Source: Candidatus Tepidifontimicrobium thermophilum
GTDB taxonomy: Bacteria > Sysuimicrobiota > Sysuimicrobiia > Sysuimicrobiales > Sysuimicrobiaceae
Assembly: GCA_031459915.1 (NCBI GenBank)
Contig: JAVKHO010000004.1
Coordinates: forward strand, 1 to 64,000
Direction: 5' to 3'
Length of the DNA: 64,000 nucleotides
The position numbers and the translations under genes were made by a program. The notes below the pieces were generated by a model. It was not told where the DNA came from and made no database searches. It saw nothing but the letters and a program-made list of their open reading frames with translations. How positions within the stretch are numbered: the first letter of the stretch is position 1; the number at the start of each line of letters is the position of its first letter. Shown here one piece after another: positions 8,484 through 17,306 of this stretch.

Positions 8484-9818
8484 TCACTCCGAAGCCTCCG
8501 CCCGCCGCACCCACCGGCCCCACCCCGGTTCGGCGACCGGCCGGCCTTCCTCCGCCACCAGCCTGCCGCGCACGTAGGTCCGCACCACCGCGCCCCGCAC
8601 CCGCAGGCCCGAGTACGGGGTCCAACCCGCCTTGGAGACGACCCGGCCGTCCGCCAGTACGTGCTCGCGTGCCGGGTCCACCAACACTAGGTCCGCGTCG
8701 GAACCCGGTTGCAGGGTTCCCTTGCGCGGGTACAGGCCGTACACCCGCGCCGGGGTCTCGCACAACGCCTGCACCAGCCGCTCCAGGCTCAGGCGTCCCG
8801 CCGCCGCACCGTTCAGCATCAGGGTCAAGGTGGTCTCCACACCAGGCAGGCCGAAGTGCACGTCCCAGATGCTGCCCTCGAGCTTCTGCCGCCGGGTGGC
8901 GGGCGCGTGGTCGGTGGCCACGTAGTCGATCCGGCCGTCCCGCAGCCGTTCCCACATGGCCAGCAGATCCTCCTCCGTACGCGCCCGGGCGGGAGGGGTG
9001 AACTTCCGGAAAGCGCCGTGGTGCTGTACCTCGCCTTCCAGGAGGTGGAAGTACTGAGGGCAGCTCTCCACGTGGACCCCCCCCAGGGCCCGCGCCAGAT
9101 CCACCACCTCCGGGGAGCTGGCGTGAGCGATCACCGCCCGGGCTCCCGTGCACCGGGCCAGCACGCACACCGCAGCGGCTGCCACCTGCTCCGCCTCGCG
9201 GCTCCGCCACTCCGGGACGAGCCCTCCGTCGGTCCGCCCCGCTTCCCGCAGGCGCCGCTCTGCCTCCGCGGTGAGGGCCTCGTCCTCCGCGTGCACCAAA
9301 CAGATCCCCCCTACCGCGGACAGCGCCTTGAACAGAACCAACAGGTCCGCGGCAGAGAGGCCAGGGACCCCATGGGTGGTGCAGGTGAAGGCCTTCACGT
9401 ACAGGGCCCCCGCCTCCCACGTGGCAGGGGCCTCCCCCAGCCTGCCCTTCCACGCGTGGGCCGCCAGGCCGAAGTCCACCACGGAACGGGTGCGGAGGTA
9501 CTCCGCCTTGCGCCGCAGCTCTTCGGGCGTCACCACCGGTGCCGCGTGGGTGTGCTCGATCACCGTGGTGGCGCCTCCGACCGCCGCGGCGGCGCTGCCG
9601 GTGGGGAAGTCCTCGCGGCTGGGGTCGCCGGGGTCCATGAAGTGCACGTGGGCGTCCACGACACCGGGCAGGACCAGCAGGCCGGCGGCGTCCACCTCCT
9701 CCCTGGCGGACAGGCGCTCGGAGGACAGGGCCGCCACCCGGCCGTCGCGCACGTACACGTGCACCCGCTGCCGACCTGCGGGGGTCACCACGGTACCGCC
9801 CAGAACCGCCAGGTCCAT
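8484..9818 (-). CDS. Cyclic amidohydrolase (dihydroorotase/allantoinase/hydantoinase family)
   Basis: DAHVH, YVKAF (carboxy-Lys position), VHAED, IAHAS, TDHAP, KGTLQPGSDAD; ATG overlaps the upstream TGA. Confidence 0.9.
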   Translation of the reverse strand: MDLAVLGGTVVTPAGRQRVHVYVRDGRVAALSSERLSAREEVDAAGLLVLPGVVDAHVHFMDPGDPSREDFPTGSAAAAVGGATTVIEHTHAAPVVTPEELRRKAEYLRTRSVVDFGLAAHAWKGRLGEAPATWEAGALYVKAFTCTTHGVPGLSAADLLVLFKALSAVGGICLVHAEDEALTAEAERRLREAGRTDGGLVPEWRSREAEQVAAAAVCVLARCTGARAVIAHASSPEVVDLARALGGVHVESCPQYFHLLEGEVQHHGAFRKFTPPARARTEEDLLAMWERLRDGRIDYVATDHAPATRRQKLEGSIWDVHFGLPGVETTLTLMLNGAAAGRLSLERLVQALCETPARVYGLYPRKGTLQPGSDADLVLVDPAREHVLADGRVVSKAGWTPYSGLRVRGAVVRTYVRGRLVAEEGRPVAEPGWGRWVRRAEASE

Positions 9819-11320
9819 CAGTTCAGTCGCTCCGCGGGTTCGTCCGAGAACCAGTCGAACGGTGTGGGGTCCAGGCGCACCCACACGCTCTTCGTCTCCG
9901 TGTACTCCCGCATGGTCTCCCAGCCGTTCTCACGGCCGTATCCCGACAGCTTGAACCCGCCCCACGGCGAGGCGGGCGCGATGCGGTGGTGGTCATTCAC
10001 CCACACCACACCGGCTTCGATCCGGGCCGCCACCCGGTGGGCGCGCGCCACGTCCCGGGTCCAGACGCTGGCGCCCAGGCCATAGGGGATGTCGTTGGCA
10101 ATCCGCACTGCGTGGTCCTCGTCGGAGAACCGGAACACGCACACCACGGGTCCGAAGATCTCCTCCTGGGCGATGCGCATCTTCGGATCCACGTCCACGA
10201 ACACCGTGGGCTCGTGGTAGAAGCCGAGGGCGTAGGAGCCCTCCCGCAGCACCCGGCCCCCGTACAGCAGGCGGGCTCCTTCCTCCAAGCCCGCGCGGAC
10301 GTAGCCCGCCACCCGCTCCAGCTGCCGCCGGGACACCAGGGGTCCCAGGTGGGTCCTGGGGTCCAGGGGGTCGCCGATGCGCAGGCTCGCCACCTTCCGG
10401 ACGAAGCGATCCACGAACCCCTCGTACAGGGAATCCTGGACCAGGATGCGGGCGCCCGCGATGCACGTCTGGCCCTGTCCCACGAACGCCGCGAAGGCCG
10501 CGCCCGCCACCGCCTGCTCCAGGTCTGCGTCCTCGAAGACCACCACCGGCGCCTTGCCACCGAGCTCAAACGTGGTGCGGGCCAGGTGGTCCGCGGCGGC
10601 GCGGGCCACGGCCCGGCCGGTCTCCGTGCCTCCGGTCAGGTCCACCTTGCGGACCCGCGGGTCACTGACCAGCGCGGCACCCGTGGCCCCAAAACCGGTG
10701 ACCACGTTGTAGGCACCCGGGGGGAAGCCCGCCTCCACCGTCAGCCGCGCCAGCTCCAGGGCCGACAGCGGGCTCAGTTCCGAGGGCTTGTGCACCACCG
10801 CGTTGCCCGCGGCCAGCGCGGGGGCGATCTTCTTGGTGGCGATGAGCAGCGGGTGGTTCCACGGGGTGATCTGCGCCACCACCCCCAGGGGCACGCGCAC
10901 CACGTAGTTCAGCCAACCGTCCCCCACGGGCACCACCTGGCCTTCCAGCTTGTCCGTCATCCCTGCGAAGTATCGGTACCACAAGGGGATGATCCGCAGC
11001 TGCGCCCGCATCTCGCGAATGGGCCGGCCGTTGCACAGCGTCTCCAGTTCGGCCAGCCGATCCGCCTCTCGCTCCAGCAGGTCCGCCAGCCGGTACAGCA
11101 GGCGGCCGCGCTGGTCGGGCGCGAGACGGCCCCAGGGTCCGCGCAGGGCCTCCTCTGCAGCCCCCACCGCATCCGCCACGTCCTCCGGACCTGCCTCAGC
11201 CACCACCGCCACGAGCCGCTGGTCCGCCGGGTAGCGGACCTCGTAGAACTCCCCCGACCTGGGCTGTCGGAACTCGCCCCCCCAGAAGACGCCGTACCGG
11301 GTCGTCACATCCGTCGCCAT
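9818..11320 (-). CDS. NAD(P)-dependent aldehyde dehydrogenase
   Basis: ITPWNHP, KPSE, FELGGK (Glu), GQTCIAG (Cys), EEIFGPV; start MATDV at 11320 after GAGGAGG. Confidence 0.95.
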   Translation of the reverse strand: MATDVTTRYGVFWGGEFRQPRSGEFYEVRYPADQRLVAVVAEAGPEDVADAVGAAEEALRGPWGRLAPDQRGRLLYRLADLLEREADRLAELETLCNGRPIREMRAQLRIIPLWYRYFAGMTDKLEGQVVPVGDGWLNYVVRVPLGVVAQITPWNHPLLIATKKIAPALAAGNAVVHKPSELSPLSALELARLTVEAGFPPGAYNVVTGFGATGAALVSDPRVRKVDLTGGTETGRAVARAAADHLARTTFELGGKAPVVVFEDADLEQAVAGAAFAAFVGQGQTCIAGARILVQDSLYEGFVDRFVRKVASLRIGDPLDPRTHLGPLVSRRQLERVAGYVRAGLEEGARLLYGGRVLREGSYALGFYHEPTVFVDVDPKMRIAQEEIFGPVVCVFRFSDEDHAVRIANDIPYGLGASVWTRDVARAHRVAARIEAGVVWVNDHHRIAPASPWGGFKLSGYGRENGWETMREYTETKSVWVRLDPTPFDWFSDEPAERLN

Positions 11321-11331
11321 CGCCTGCCTCC

Positions 11332-12321
11332 TCAGGCCCCAGCCCGTTCGAACACTTCGGGGTTGGCCACGTAGTGGGGCCGGCGGCCGTTCAGGAACTC
11401 CAGGATGTTGTCCACCACGATGTGCGCGATCTGCTCCCGGATGTCCCGGGCTGCGCTCCCGATGTGCGGGGTCAGCACCACGTTGGAGAGCTCCTTGAGC
11501 GCCGGCGTCACCTCCGGCTCCCGCTCGTACACGTCCAACGCCGCCCCCGCAATCCGGCCCGCCCGCAGCACCTCCACCAGGGCCGCCTCGTCCACGATGG
11601 GGCCCCGGGCGGTGTTGATCAGGTAGGCGGTGGGCTTCATCAGGCTCAGCTCCCTCGGCCCGATCAGGTGGTGCGTCCCCGGATGGTAGCTGGCGTTCAC
11701 CACGATGAAGTCGCTCTCGCTCAGCAGCTCCGGCAGGGTCCGGTACTGGACCCCCAGGGCCTCCTCCTCCGCCAACGTCAGCCGCTGTCGCTTCGTGTAC
11801 AGCACCCGCATCCCAAACCCCCGGGCCCGGTTCACCGTCGCCCGCCCGATGGCGCCCAGTCCGATGGTGCCCAGGGTCTTGCCGTGCACCTCGCCCCCCA
11901 CGAACCGCTGCGACTGTGCTCCGGGAAACATACCCGCCCGCAGCGCCCTGTCCGCCTCCACCACCCTCCGCGCCACCGCCAGCAGCAGCGCCCACTGCAG
12001 GTCCGCGGTGGTCTCCGCCACAATGTTGGGGATGACGGTGACGGGGATCCCCCGCTCCGTGGCGCGGGCCACGTCCACGTTCGCCGGGTAGATGGCGGAG
12101 CACGCGATGAGGCGCAGACGGCGTCCTGCGTCCACCACCTCGCGGTCCACCCGGTCGTGCAGCAGGCAGTACAGGACGTCGCAGTCCGCCACCTCTTCCA
12201 GAAGCCGGCTGCGGGGCAGGATCGTCTCCGAGTCCGGGAACACTCGGACCTCCGCCACGCGGCGCAGCCGTTCCAGCGCCACCTCCGGCACGGGCTGCGT
12301 GACGAACACCGTGGGTCGCAT
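11332..12321 (-). CDS. D-isomer-specific 2-hydroxyacid dehydrogenase (glyoxylate reductase-like)
   Basis: GLGAIG, INTARGPIVDE, LDVYEREP, TPHIGSA. Confidence 0.93.
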   Translation of the reverse strand: MRPTVFVTQPVPEVALERLRRVAEVRVFPDSETILPRSRLLEEVADCDVLYCLLHDRVDREVVDAGRRLRLIACSAIYPANVDVARATERGIPVTVIPNIVAETTADLQWALLLAVARRVVEADRALRAGMFPGAQSQRFVGGEVHGKTLGTIGLGAIGRATVNRARGFGMRVLYTKRQRLTLAEEEALGVQYRTLPELLSESDFIVVNASYHPGTHHLIGPRELSLMKPTAYLINTARGPIVDEAALVEVLRAGRIAGAALDVYEREPEVTPALKELSNVVLTPHIGSAARDIREQIAHIVVDNILEFLNGRRPHYVANPEVFERAGA

Positions 12322-12352
12322 GGTCACCTCCTCGAATGCCAGCCCGGCGGCC

Positions 12353-13108
12353 TCACAAGAGCCCGCGGGCCAGCAGGTTCAGGCCGGACAGCAGCACCAC
12401 CACAAGGAGCGCGGTCCGAAAGGCGTGCTCCGGCATGCGGCGCCGCAGCCAGCCACCCAGGGCGGTACCGGCCAGCACCGGCACGCACAGCCACACCGCA
12501 ACGCGGAACACCGCCCCACGGTAGACGCCCAACTGGAAGAAACTCAGGACCTGCACCAGCACGCCCACCAGGAAACTCACGGTGATCCACGGGACGAACT
12601 CGTCCCGGCCCAGCCCACGGGCGTCCAGGTACCCGGCCAGCACCGGCCCGAAAATGGTGGTGGTCCCGCACAGGACCCCGGCTACCAGGCCTACCCCGAG
12701 GCCGGAGGCGGCGGACGCACGGGGAAGCTTCACCCACCGCGCCCGCAGCAGCGCGGGTAACGAGTACCCCACCGCCACCGCGCCCAGCACCACGTACAGG
12801 GCCTCGGCGCTCAGGAGGTGAAAGGCGCGCGCGCCGGCTGCTGAGCCCACCACCAGCCCTCCCAGGACCCACCGCATCTCCGGCCACCGGCCGCGCAGCC
12901 TGCTACGTTCGGCGCCCAGGATGAACACGTTGCTGGCCAGGGTAGGTAGCGCGGAAAGGGCCACCGCCGCATGGGGGCCCGCCAGGGCGGACAGCACCGG
13001 CACCGTGATCACCGGGAATCCCAGGCCCACGCTGCCCTTCACGGTGGACGCCACCAGGACCACCGCGGTCGCCGCCAGCAGCTGAGCGGGGGACAGTTGG
13101 ACCTCCAT
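12353..13108 (-). CDS. Sulfite exporter TauE/SafE family membrane protein
   Basis: VKGSVGLGFP N-terminal motif, GVLCGTTTIFGP, about 8 TM helices. Confidence 0.85.
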   Translation of the reverse strand: MEVQLSPAQLLAATAVVLVASTVKGSVGLGFPVITVPVLSALAGPHAAVALSALPTLASNVFILGAERSRLRGRWPEMRWVLGGLVVGSAAGARAFHLLSAEALYVVLGAVAVGYSLPALLRARWVKLPRASAASGLGVGLVAGVLCGTTTIFGPVLAGYLDARGLGRDEFVPWITVSFLVGVLVQVLSFFQLGVYRGAVFRVAVWLCVPVLAGTALGGWLRRRMPEHAFRTALLVVVLLSGLNLLARGLL

Positions 13109-13113
13109 CCTGC

Positions 13114-14154
13114 CTAGAGGTCCCGCGCCACGCGGATCACCACCCGGCCCACCGCACGGTCCGCCCGCACATCCTCCAGCGCCTCGTTGGCCTGCTCGAG
13201 ATCCACCACCCGCGAGATCACTGGGCGGAGGGCGCCCGAGGCCACCAGGTGGAGAGCTCTGGCCAGCTCGGGCCGGGTCACGTAGCGACTGCCGACCACC
13301 TGAACTTCCCGCAGCACCACGCGGTCCGTGGCGAGTGCCGGGTACTGTTGCGGGTCCGTCACGTAGCCGACCTGCACCACCCGGCCTCCCTTGCGCACAA
13401 GTTCCAGGGCGGTCGGGAAGCCCGCGCGGCTGCCCACGCAGTCCACCACCACGTCCGCTCCCCGCCCCCGGGTCAGGTCGGACACCACGGACGGGGCCTT
13501 CTCTGGCAGCGCCGCGGCGTCCGCACCCACCCCCCGCGCGGCCTGAAGGGCCTCCTCCCGCAGGTCCACCGCTACCGTCCGCGCGCCCGCGGCCCGCGCC
13601 ACCTGCAGCGCGTACAGGCCCACGCCACCGCTGCCCACCACCGTCACCGTCTCCCCGGCCCGAACCGCCCCCCGGATTACTACCGCGTGGTAGGCAGTCC
13701 CCAGGGCGCAGGACACCGTGGCGGCGTGCAACGGATCCACCTGCGGAGGTACCGGTAGCAGGTGGTCTGCGGGGACGACCAAGTATTCCTCGAACCCGCC
13801 GGGCGTGGTGAAGCCGACCCACCCCCGCAGGGCGTCACACAGGTTCTCCTGCCCCTCCACGCAGTACGGGCAGCTCCCGCAACCCCAGTAGTTGTGCACC
13901 ACTACCCGCTGGCCGCGCGCTAGCTCCACCCCGGCGCCCGCCTCCGCCACCTCACCCGAGATCTCGTGGCCCGGTACGTGCGGCAGACGCTGGTTGGCCG
14001 AAAACGGCATCAAGCCGCCGGCGATCTTCAGGTCGCTCCGGCACACCCCGCAGGCCAGGACCCGGACCAGGACCTCCCCGGGACCCGGCCGGGGTATCTC
14101 CAGGCGAGCGGGCGCAAGAGGTTTGCCGAATTCCACCACCGCCATGTTCCGCAT
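13114..14154 (-). CDS. Zn-dependent alcohol dehydrogenase (MDR family)
   Basis: GVCRSD, GHE, structural CGSCPYC…C, VSCALG, GSGGVG. Confidence 0.92.
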   Translation of the reverse strand: MRNMAVVEFGKPLAPARLEIPRPGPGEVLVRVLACGVCRSDLKIAGGLMPFSANQRLPHVPGHEISGEVAEAGAGVELARGQRVVVHNYWGCGSCPYCVEGQENLCDALRGWVGFTTPGGFEEYLVVPADHLLPVPPQVDPLHAATVSCALGTAYHAVVIRGAVRAGETVTVVGSGGVGLYALQVARAAGARTVAVDLREEALQAARGVGADAAALPEKAPSVVSDLTRGRGADVVVDCVGSRAGFPTALELVRKGGRVVQVGYVTDPQQYPALATDRVVLREVQVVGSRYVTRPELARALHLVASGALRPVISRVVDLEQANEALEDVRADRAVGRVVIRVARDL

Positions 14155-14166
14155 CCTGCGACCTCC

Positions 14167-15201
14167 TCACAGGTTCCCCGTCGGGACCACGGCCCCCCGG
14201 CCCAGCAGCGTCCCGTCCCGCAGTCGGCTCACAAGTTCCGCAGCCGCCTCCAGGGGCCTCACCTCCGACACCACGGGCCGGACTCTGCCCTCCACCACCA
14301 TGCGCGCCGCCTGCAGGACCTCCCACCGGGAGGCGTACCGGGATCCCAGAACCTGGATTTCACCTGCCACGAGCCGCGCGGGGCTCACGGGAAAAGTCAC
14401 GTCGCGGAAGGTGGTAAGGACCACCAGCCGGCCGCGCGGGCCCAACAGGTCCACGCACGCCTCCAGGGTGTGCGGACGGCCCACCAGGTCCACGGCCACC
14501 GTCACGGCCCCCCCGGCCACCTCCCGGACCTGCTGGGGCCACGTGTCCTCCGTGGCGTCTACCGCGGCGAAGCCCATGGCCCGCAAGCTCTCCACCTTGC
14601 TGGCGCCCCGATCCACGCCCACCACCCCGGCCCCGAAAACCCGCAGGACCTGCACCATGTGGATCCCCACACCGCCCGCGGCGCCCACCACCACCGCGGT
14701 GTCCTCCGGCCCGACTGCGGCCCTCCGGCACACGTGGAAGGGTGTGGCCACCGCGTCCGGGATGGCGGTCGCGAAAATCGGGTCGACGCCATCCGGCACC
14801 GGCAGGGCATTGAACGCCGGCAGGACCGCGTACTCCGCGAAGCCACCGTCGCTGGCCACTCCCACCTGACCCCTCAGGTTCCGGCAGAGGGGCTCGTGCG
14901 CCAGCCTGCAGAACTCACAGGCCCCGCAGCTCAGGTAGAAGTACGCCATGACCCGCCGCCCCTCCAGGCCGGACTCCACCCCGGGGCCGCACGCCGCCAC
15001 CCGGCCCACGAACTCGTGGCCGGGAATCCGCGGCAGTTTCTCCGCGTGCACGCGGCTGGCGCCGCTCATGTAGTTCAGCACCGTGAGCCCGACCCCGCAC
15101 GCCTCTACCCGAACCAGCACTTCACCCGGCCCCGGGGTGGGGGTGGGCAGTTCCTCCGCCGACAGCCTGTAACCGTGTTCCCGAAGCACCAGAGCCCGCA
15201 T
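14167..15201 (-). CDS. MDR-family alcohol dehydrogenase homologue with an altered catalytic-Zn site
   Basis: GHE, CGACEFC…C, GAAGGVG; GVGLTV replaces the usual GxCxxD. Confidence 0.88.
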   Translation of the reverse strand: MRALVLREHGYRLSAEELPTPTPGPGEVLVRVEACGVGLTVLNYMSGASRVHAEKLPRIPGHEFVGRVAACGPGVESGLEGRRVMAYFYLSCGACEFCRLAHEPLCRNLRGQVGVASDGGFAEYAVLPAFNALPVPDGVDPIFATAIPDAVATPFHVCRRAAVGPEDTAVVVGAAGGVGIHMVQVLRVFGAGVVGVDRGASKVESLRAMGFAAVDATEDTWPQQVREVAGGAVTVAVDLVGRPHTLEACVDLLGPRGRLVVLTTFRDVTFPVSPARLVAGEIQVLGSRYASRWEVLQAARMVVEGRVRPVVSEVRPLEAAAELVSRLRDGTLLGRGAVVPTGNL

Positions 15202-15207
15202 GCGCCT

Positions 15208-16425
15208 CTACCCCAACAGCACCGGGTCGTACGGGAGCCGCGACAGCACCTGCGGACCGGAATCTGTGACCAGCACCATGTCCTCCAGCCGGACTCCGCC
15301 TCCTCCTCGCACGCCCGGCACCCAGATGAGGGGCTCCATGGCGAACACCATCCCCGGTTCCAGCACCACCTCCTCCGCGTCCGGGAACACCTCGCCCACG
15401 TAGGGGGGCTCGTTGGAGCCCACGCCGATCCCGTGCCCGATGAACAGGGTCAGGAAGTGCTCCTCCAGCCCGTGCCGGCGGGCCTCCGCACGGATCCGGT
15501 CGGCCACGTCCCGGTTGGTCACACCGGGCCGCATAGCTTCCAGGCCCGCCCGGTGGGCGTCGTAGACCGCCCGGTACACGCGCCGCTGCTCCGGGGAAGG
15601 TTCCCCGCACACCACGGTCCGCCCCACGTCCGCGAAGTAGCCGTTCCACATGCACCCGATGTCCACGAACACCAGGTCGCCGTGGCGGATCAGTTTGTCG
15701 GTGCTCAGGCGGGTGGGCGGAGACATGCGTTCCCCGGAGGCCACAAAGGGCGTGGTGACGTGCGCATACTCGCCGCCCAGCCGGTGCAGAACCCGCAGAG
15801 CCTCTCCGGCCACCTCCACCTCGCGGACGCCCGGCCGGATCGCGTCCAGGGCTGCCTGGGTCACCGCCTCCGCCATCGCCACCGCCTCCTCGATGAGCGC
15901 GACCTCCTCGGGCAACTTGACCCGGCGGGCCCTCTGCATCACCGCGTCTCCGTCGGACCACCGGACCTCCGGGAGGCGGTCCCGTAGCGCCTCGTGGAGC
16001 GCGAAGCTGGCCAGGTCTGTGCCCACCCGCGCCCGGAGGAGACCGCGGCGCTCCAGCACCGGCCGCAGCACCCGGTCCACGAAGTAGCCCACGAGCCCCG
16101 CCTCCTCCAGGATGGGGATGGGGTGGAACTCCGCCACCCAGGGCATGCTGCCCCGGGCGCGGTCGAAATCCCCTCCGGAGGTGAACAGCACCACCTCCTC
16201 CGGGGTCAGCAGGGCGCCGTTCAGCAGGCCGCTCTTGCCCGCGATGAGCTGCGGGCGCAGGCTCGTGAGGTAGCGTACGTTCTCGTCCTTCCAGACCAGC
16301 AGAGCGTCCAGCCCGGAGGCCGCCATAGCCTCCCGCGCACGGGCGAGCCGCCCCGCCCGCAGGCGTGGGAAGTCCACCCGTGCCTCGTAGTCCACCGCGA
16401 AGGCCCCGCGGGCCCAGGTCTCCAC
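15208..16425 (-). CDS. M24 (Xaa-Pro peptidase/creatinase fold) metallohydrolase
   Basis: Creatinase_N-like N-domain; metal ligands VDIG…FADVGRT, GHGIG, MEP, RLED. Confidence 0.9.
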   Translation of the reverse strand: METWARGAFAVDYEARVDFPRLRAGRLARAREAMAASGLDALLVWKDENVRYLTSLRPQLIAGKSGLLNGALLTPEEVVLFTSGGDFDRARGSMPWVAEFHPIPILEEAGLVGYFVDRVLRPVLERRGLLRARVGTDLASFALHEALRDRLPEVRWSDGDAVMQRARRVKLPEEVALIEEAVAMAEAVTQAALDAIRPGVREVEVAGEALRVLHRLGGEYAHVTTPFVASGERMSPPTRLSTDKLIRHGDLVFVDIGCMWNGYFADVGRTVVCGEPSPEQRRVYRAVYDAHRAGLEAMRPGVTNRDVADRIRAEARRHGLEEHFLTLFIGHGIGVGSNEPPYVGEVFPDAEEVVLEPGMVFAMEPLIWVPGVRGGGGVRLEDMVLVTDSGPQVLSRLPYDPVLLG

Positions 16426-16429
16426 GCCC

Positions 16430-17296
16430 TCACTCCCGCTGAGCCGCCACCTTGGCCCGCAGGGTCCGGTACATGCCCTCGTAGAGCTCCGGGCGCAGCC
16501 ACTGGTCGCTCAGCAAGCCCTGCTTGGTCGCACAGTGCTCCCAGGCCCCGAGCTCGTCCCGCGTGGCCCGCAGGTAGCGGACCCGTTCCAGACTCACGTC
16601 CACCACGAACATCCCCGCTGCGGTGCTCTCCAGCAGGATCTCCTCCGGCCCCGCCAACATGGCCAGTCCGCGTTCCTCAGGCGTGAAGAGGTTTTGCGTG
16701 GTCACCACCACAGCCAGGTTCTCGATGGCCCGCGCCCAGATCAGGGTCCGCCAGGTGGACCACAGGCGCTTCTTGTCCACCCCCGCGGGCAGAAACAGAA
16801 GCTCCGCCCCCTGCAAGGCCAGGGCCCGGGCGACCTCGGGCACGTACACCTCGCTGCACATCGCGAGGCCGACCTTGCCGAACTCGGTCTCGAACACCGG
16901 CAACGCATCCCCCGGGACGTACCGGAAGTCCCACCGGCGGCCCCCGAGATAGATCCACGGCCCCCGGGGATGGGTGCGCCGGTACTCGGCCACGGGGCGG
17001 CCGTCTGGGTAAGCGAGGCAGACGAGGGTGTAAGCGGCCTTCGTCTCACCCTCCAGGGGCTCCAGGGTGCCGAAGACCACGTGCACCCGGTGCCGGGCCG
17101 CCGCCTCCCGCACGGCTGGCCGGGGGTCGAAGCTGGCGGGCATGCGCCACGGGCCCGGGTAGCTCTCCGGGAAGCAGACGAACTGCGCCCCCTCCGCGGC
17201 GCCCCGCTCGATCCAACGGAGCGCCTCCGGCAGATTGGCCTCCGCCCGGTCGGGCGGGTGGCTCACGGGCTGGACCACGGCGACGCGGAATCCCAT
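16430..17296 (-). CDS. Carbon-nitrogen hydrolase (nitrilase superfamily)
   Basis: VAVVQ, FPES (Glu), AMCSEVYVPE (Cys), ARAIEN; Arg at the catalytic Lys position. Confidence 0.88.
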   Translation of the reverse strand: MGFRVAVVQPVSHPPDRAEANLPEALRWIERGAAEGAQFVCFPESYPGPWRMPASFDPRPAVREAAARHRVHVVFGTLEPLEGETKAAYTLVCLAYPDGRPVAEYRRTHPRGPWIYLGGRRWDFRYVPGDALPVFETEFGKVGLAMCSEVYVPEVARALALQGAELLFLPAGVDKKRLWSTWRTLIWARAIENLAVVVTTQNLFTPEERGLAMLAGPEEILLESTAAGMFVVDVSLERVRYLRATRDELGAWEHCATKQGLLSDQWLRPELYEGMYRTLRAKVAAQRE

Positions 17297-17306
17297 GGCA
17301 ACCTCC

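Noticed and set aside
9818..12103. Apparent long N-terminal extensions or fusions (761-aa ALDH, 639-aa LivG, 647-aa ORFs, 596-aa ATPase)
   Set aside because: The extensions overlap upstream genes in another frame; internal starts with an RBS or stop/start overlap give normal lengths.
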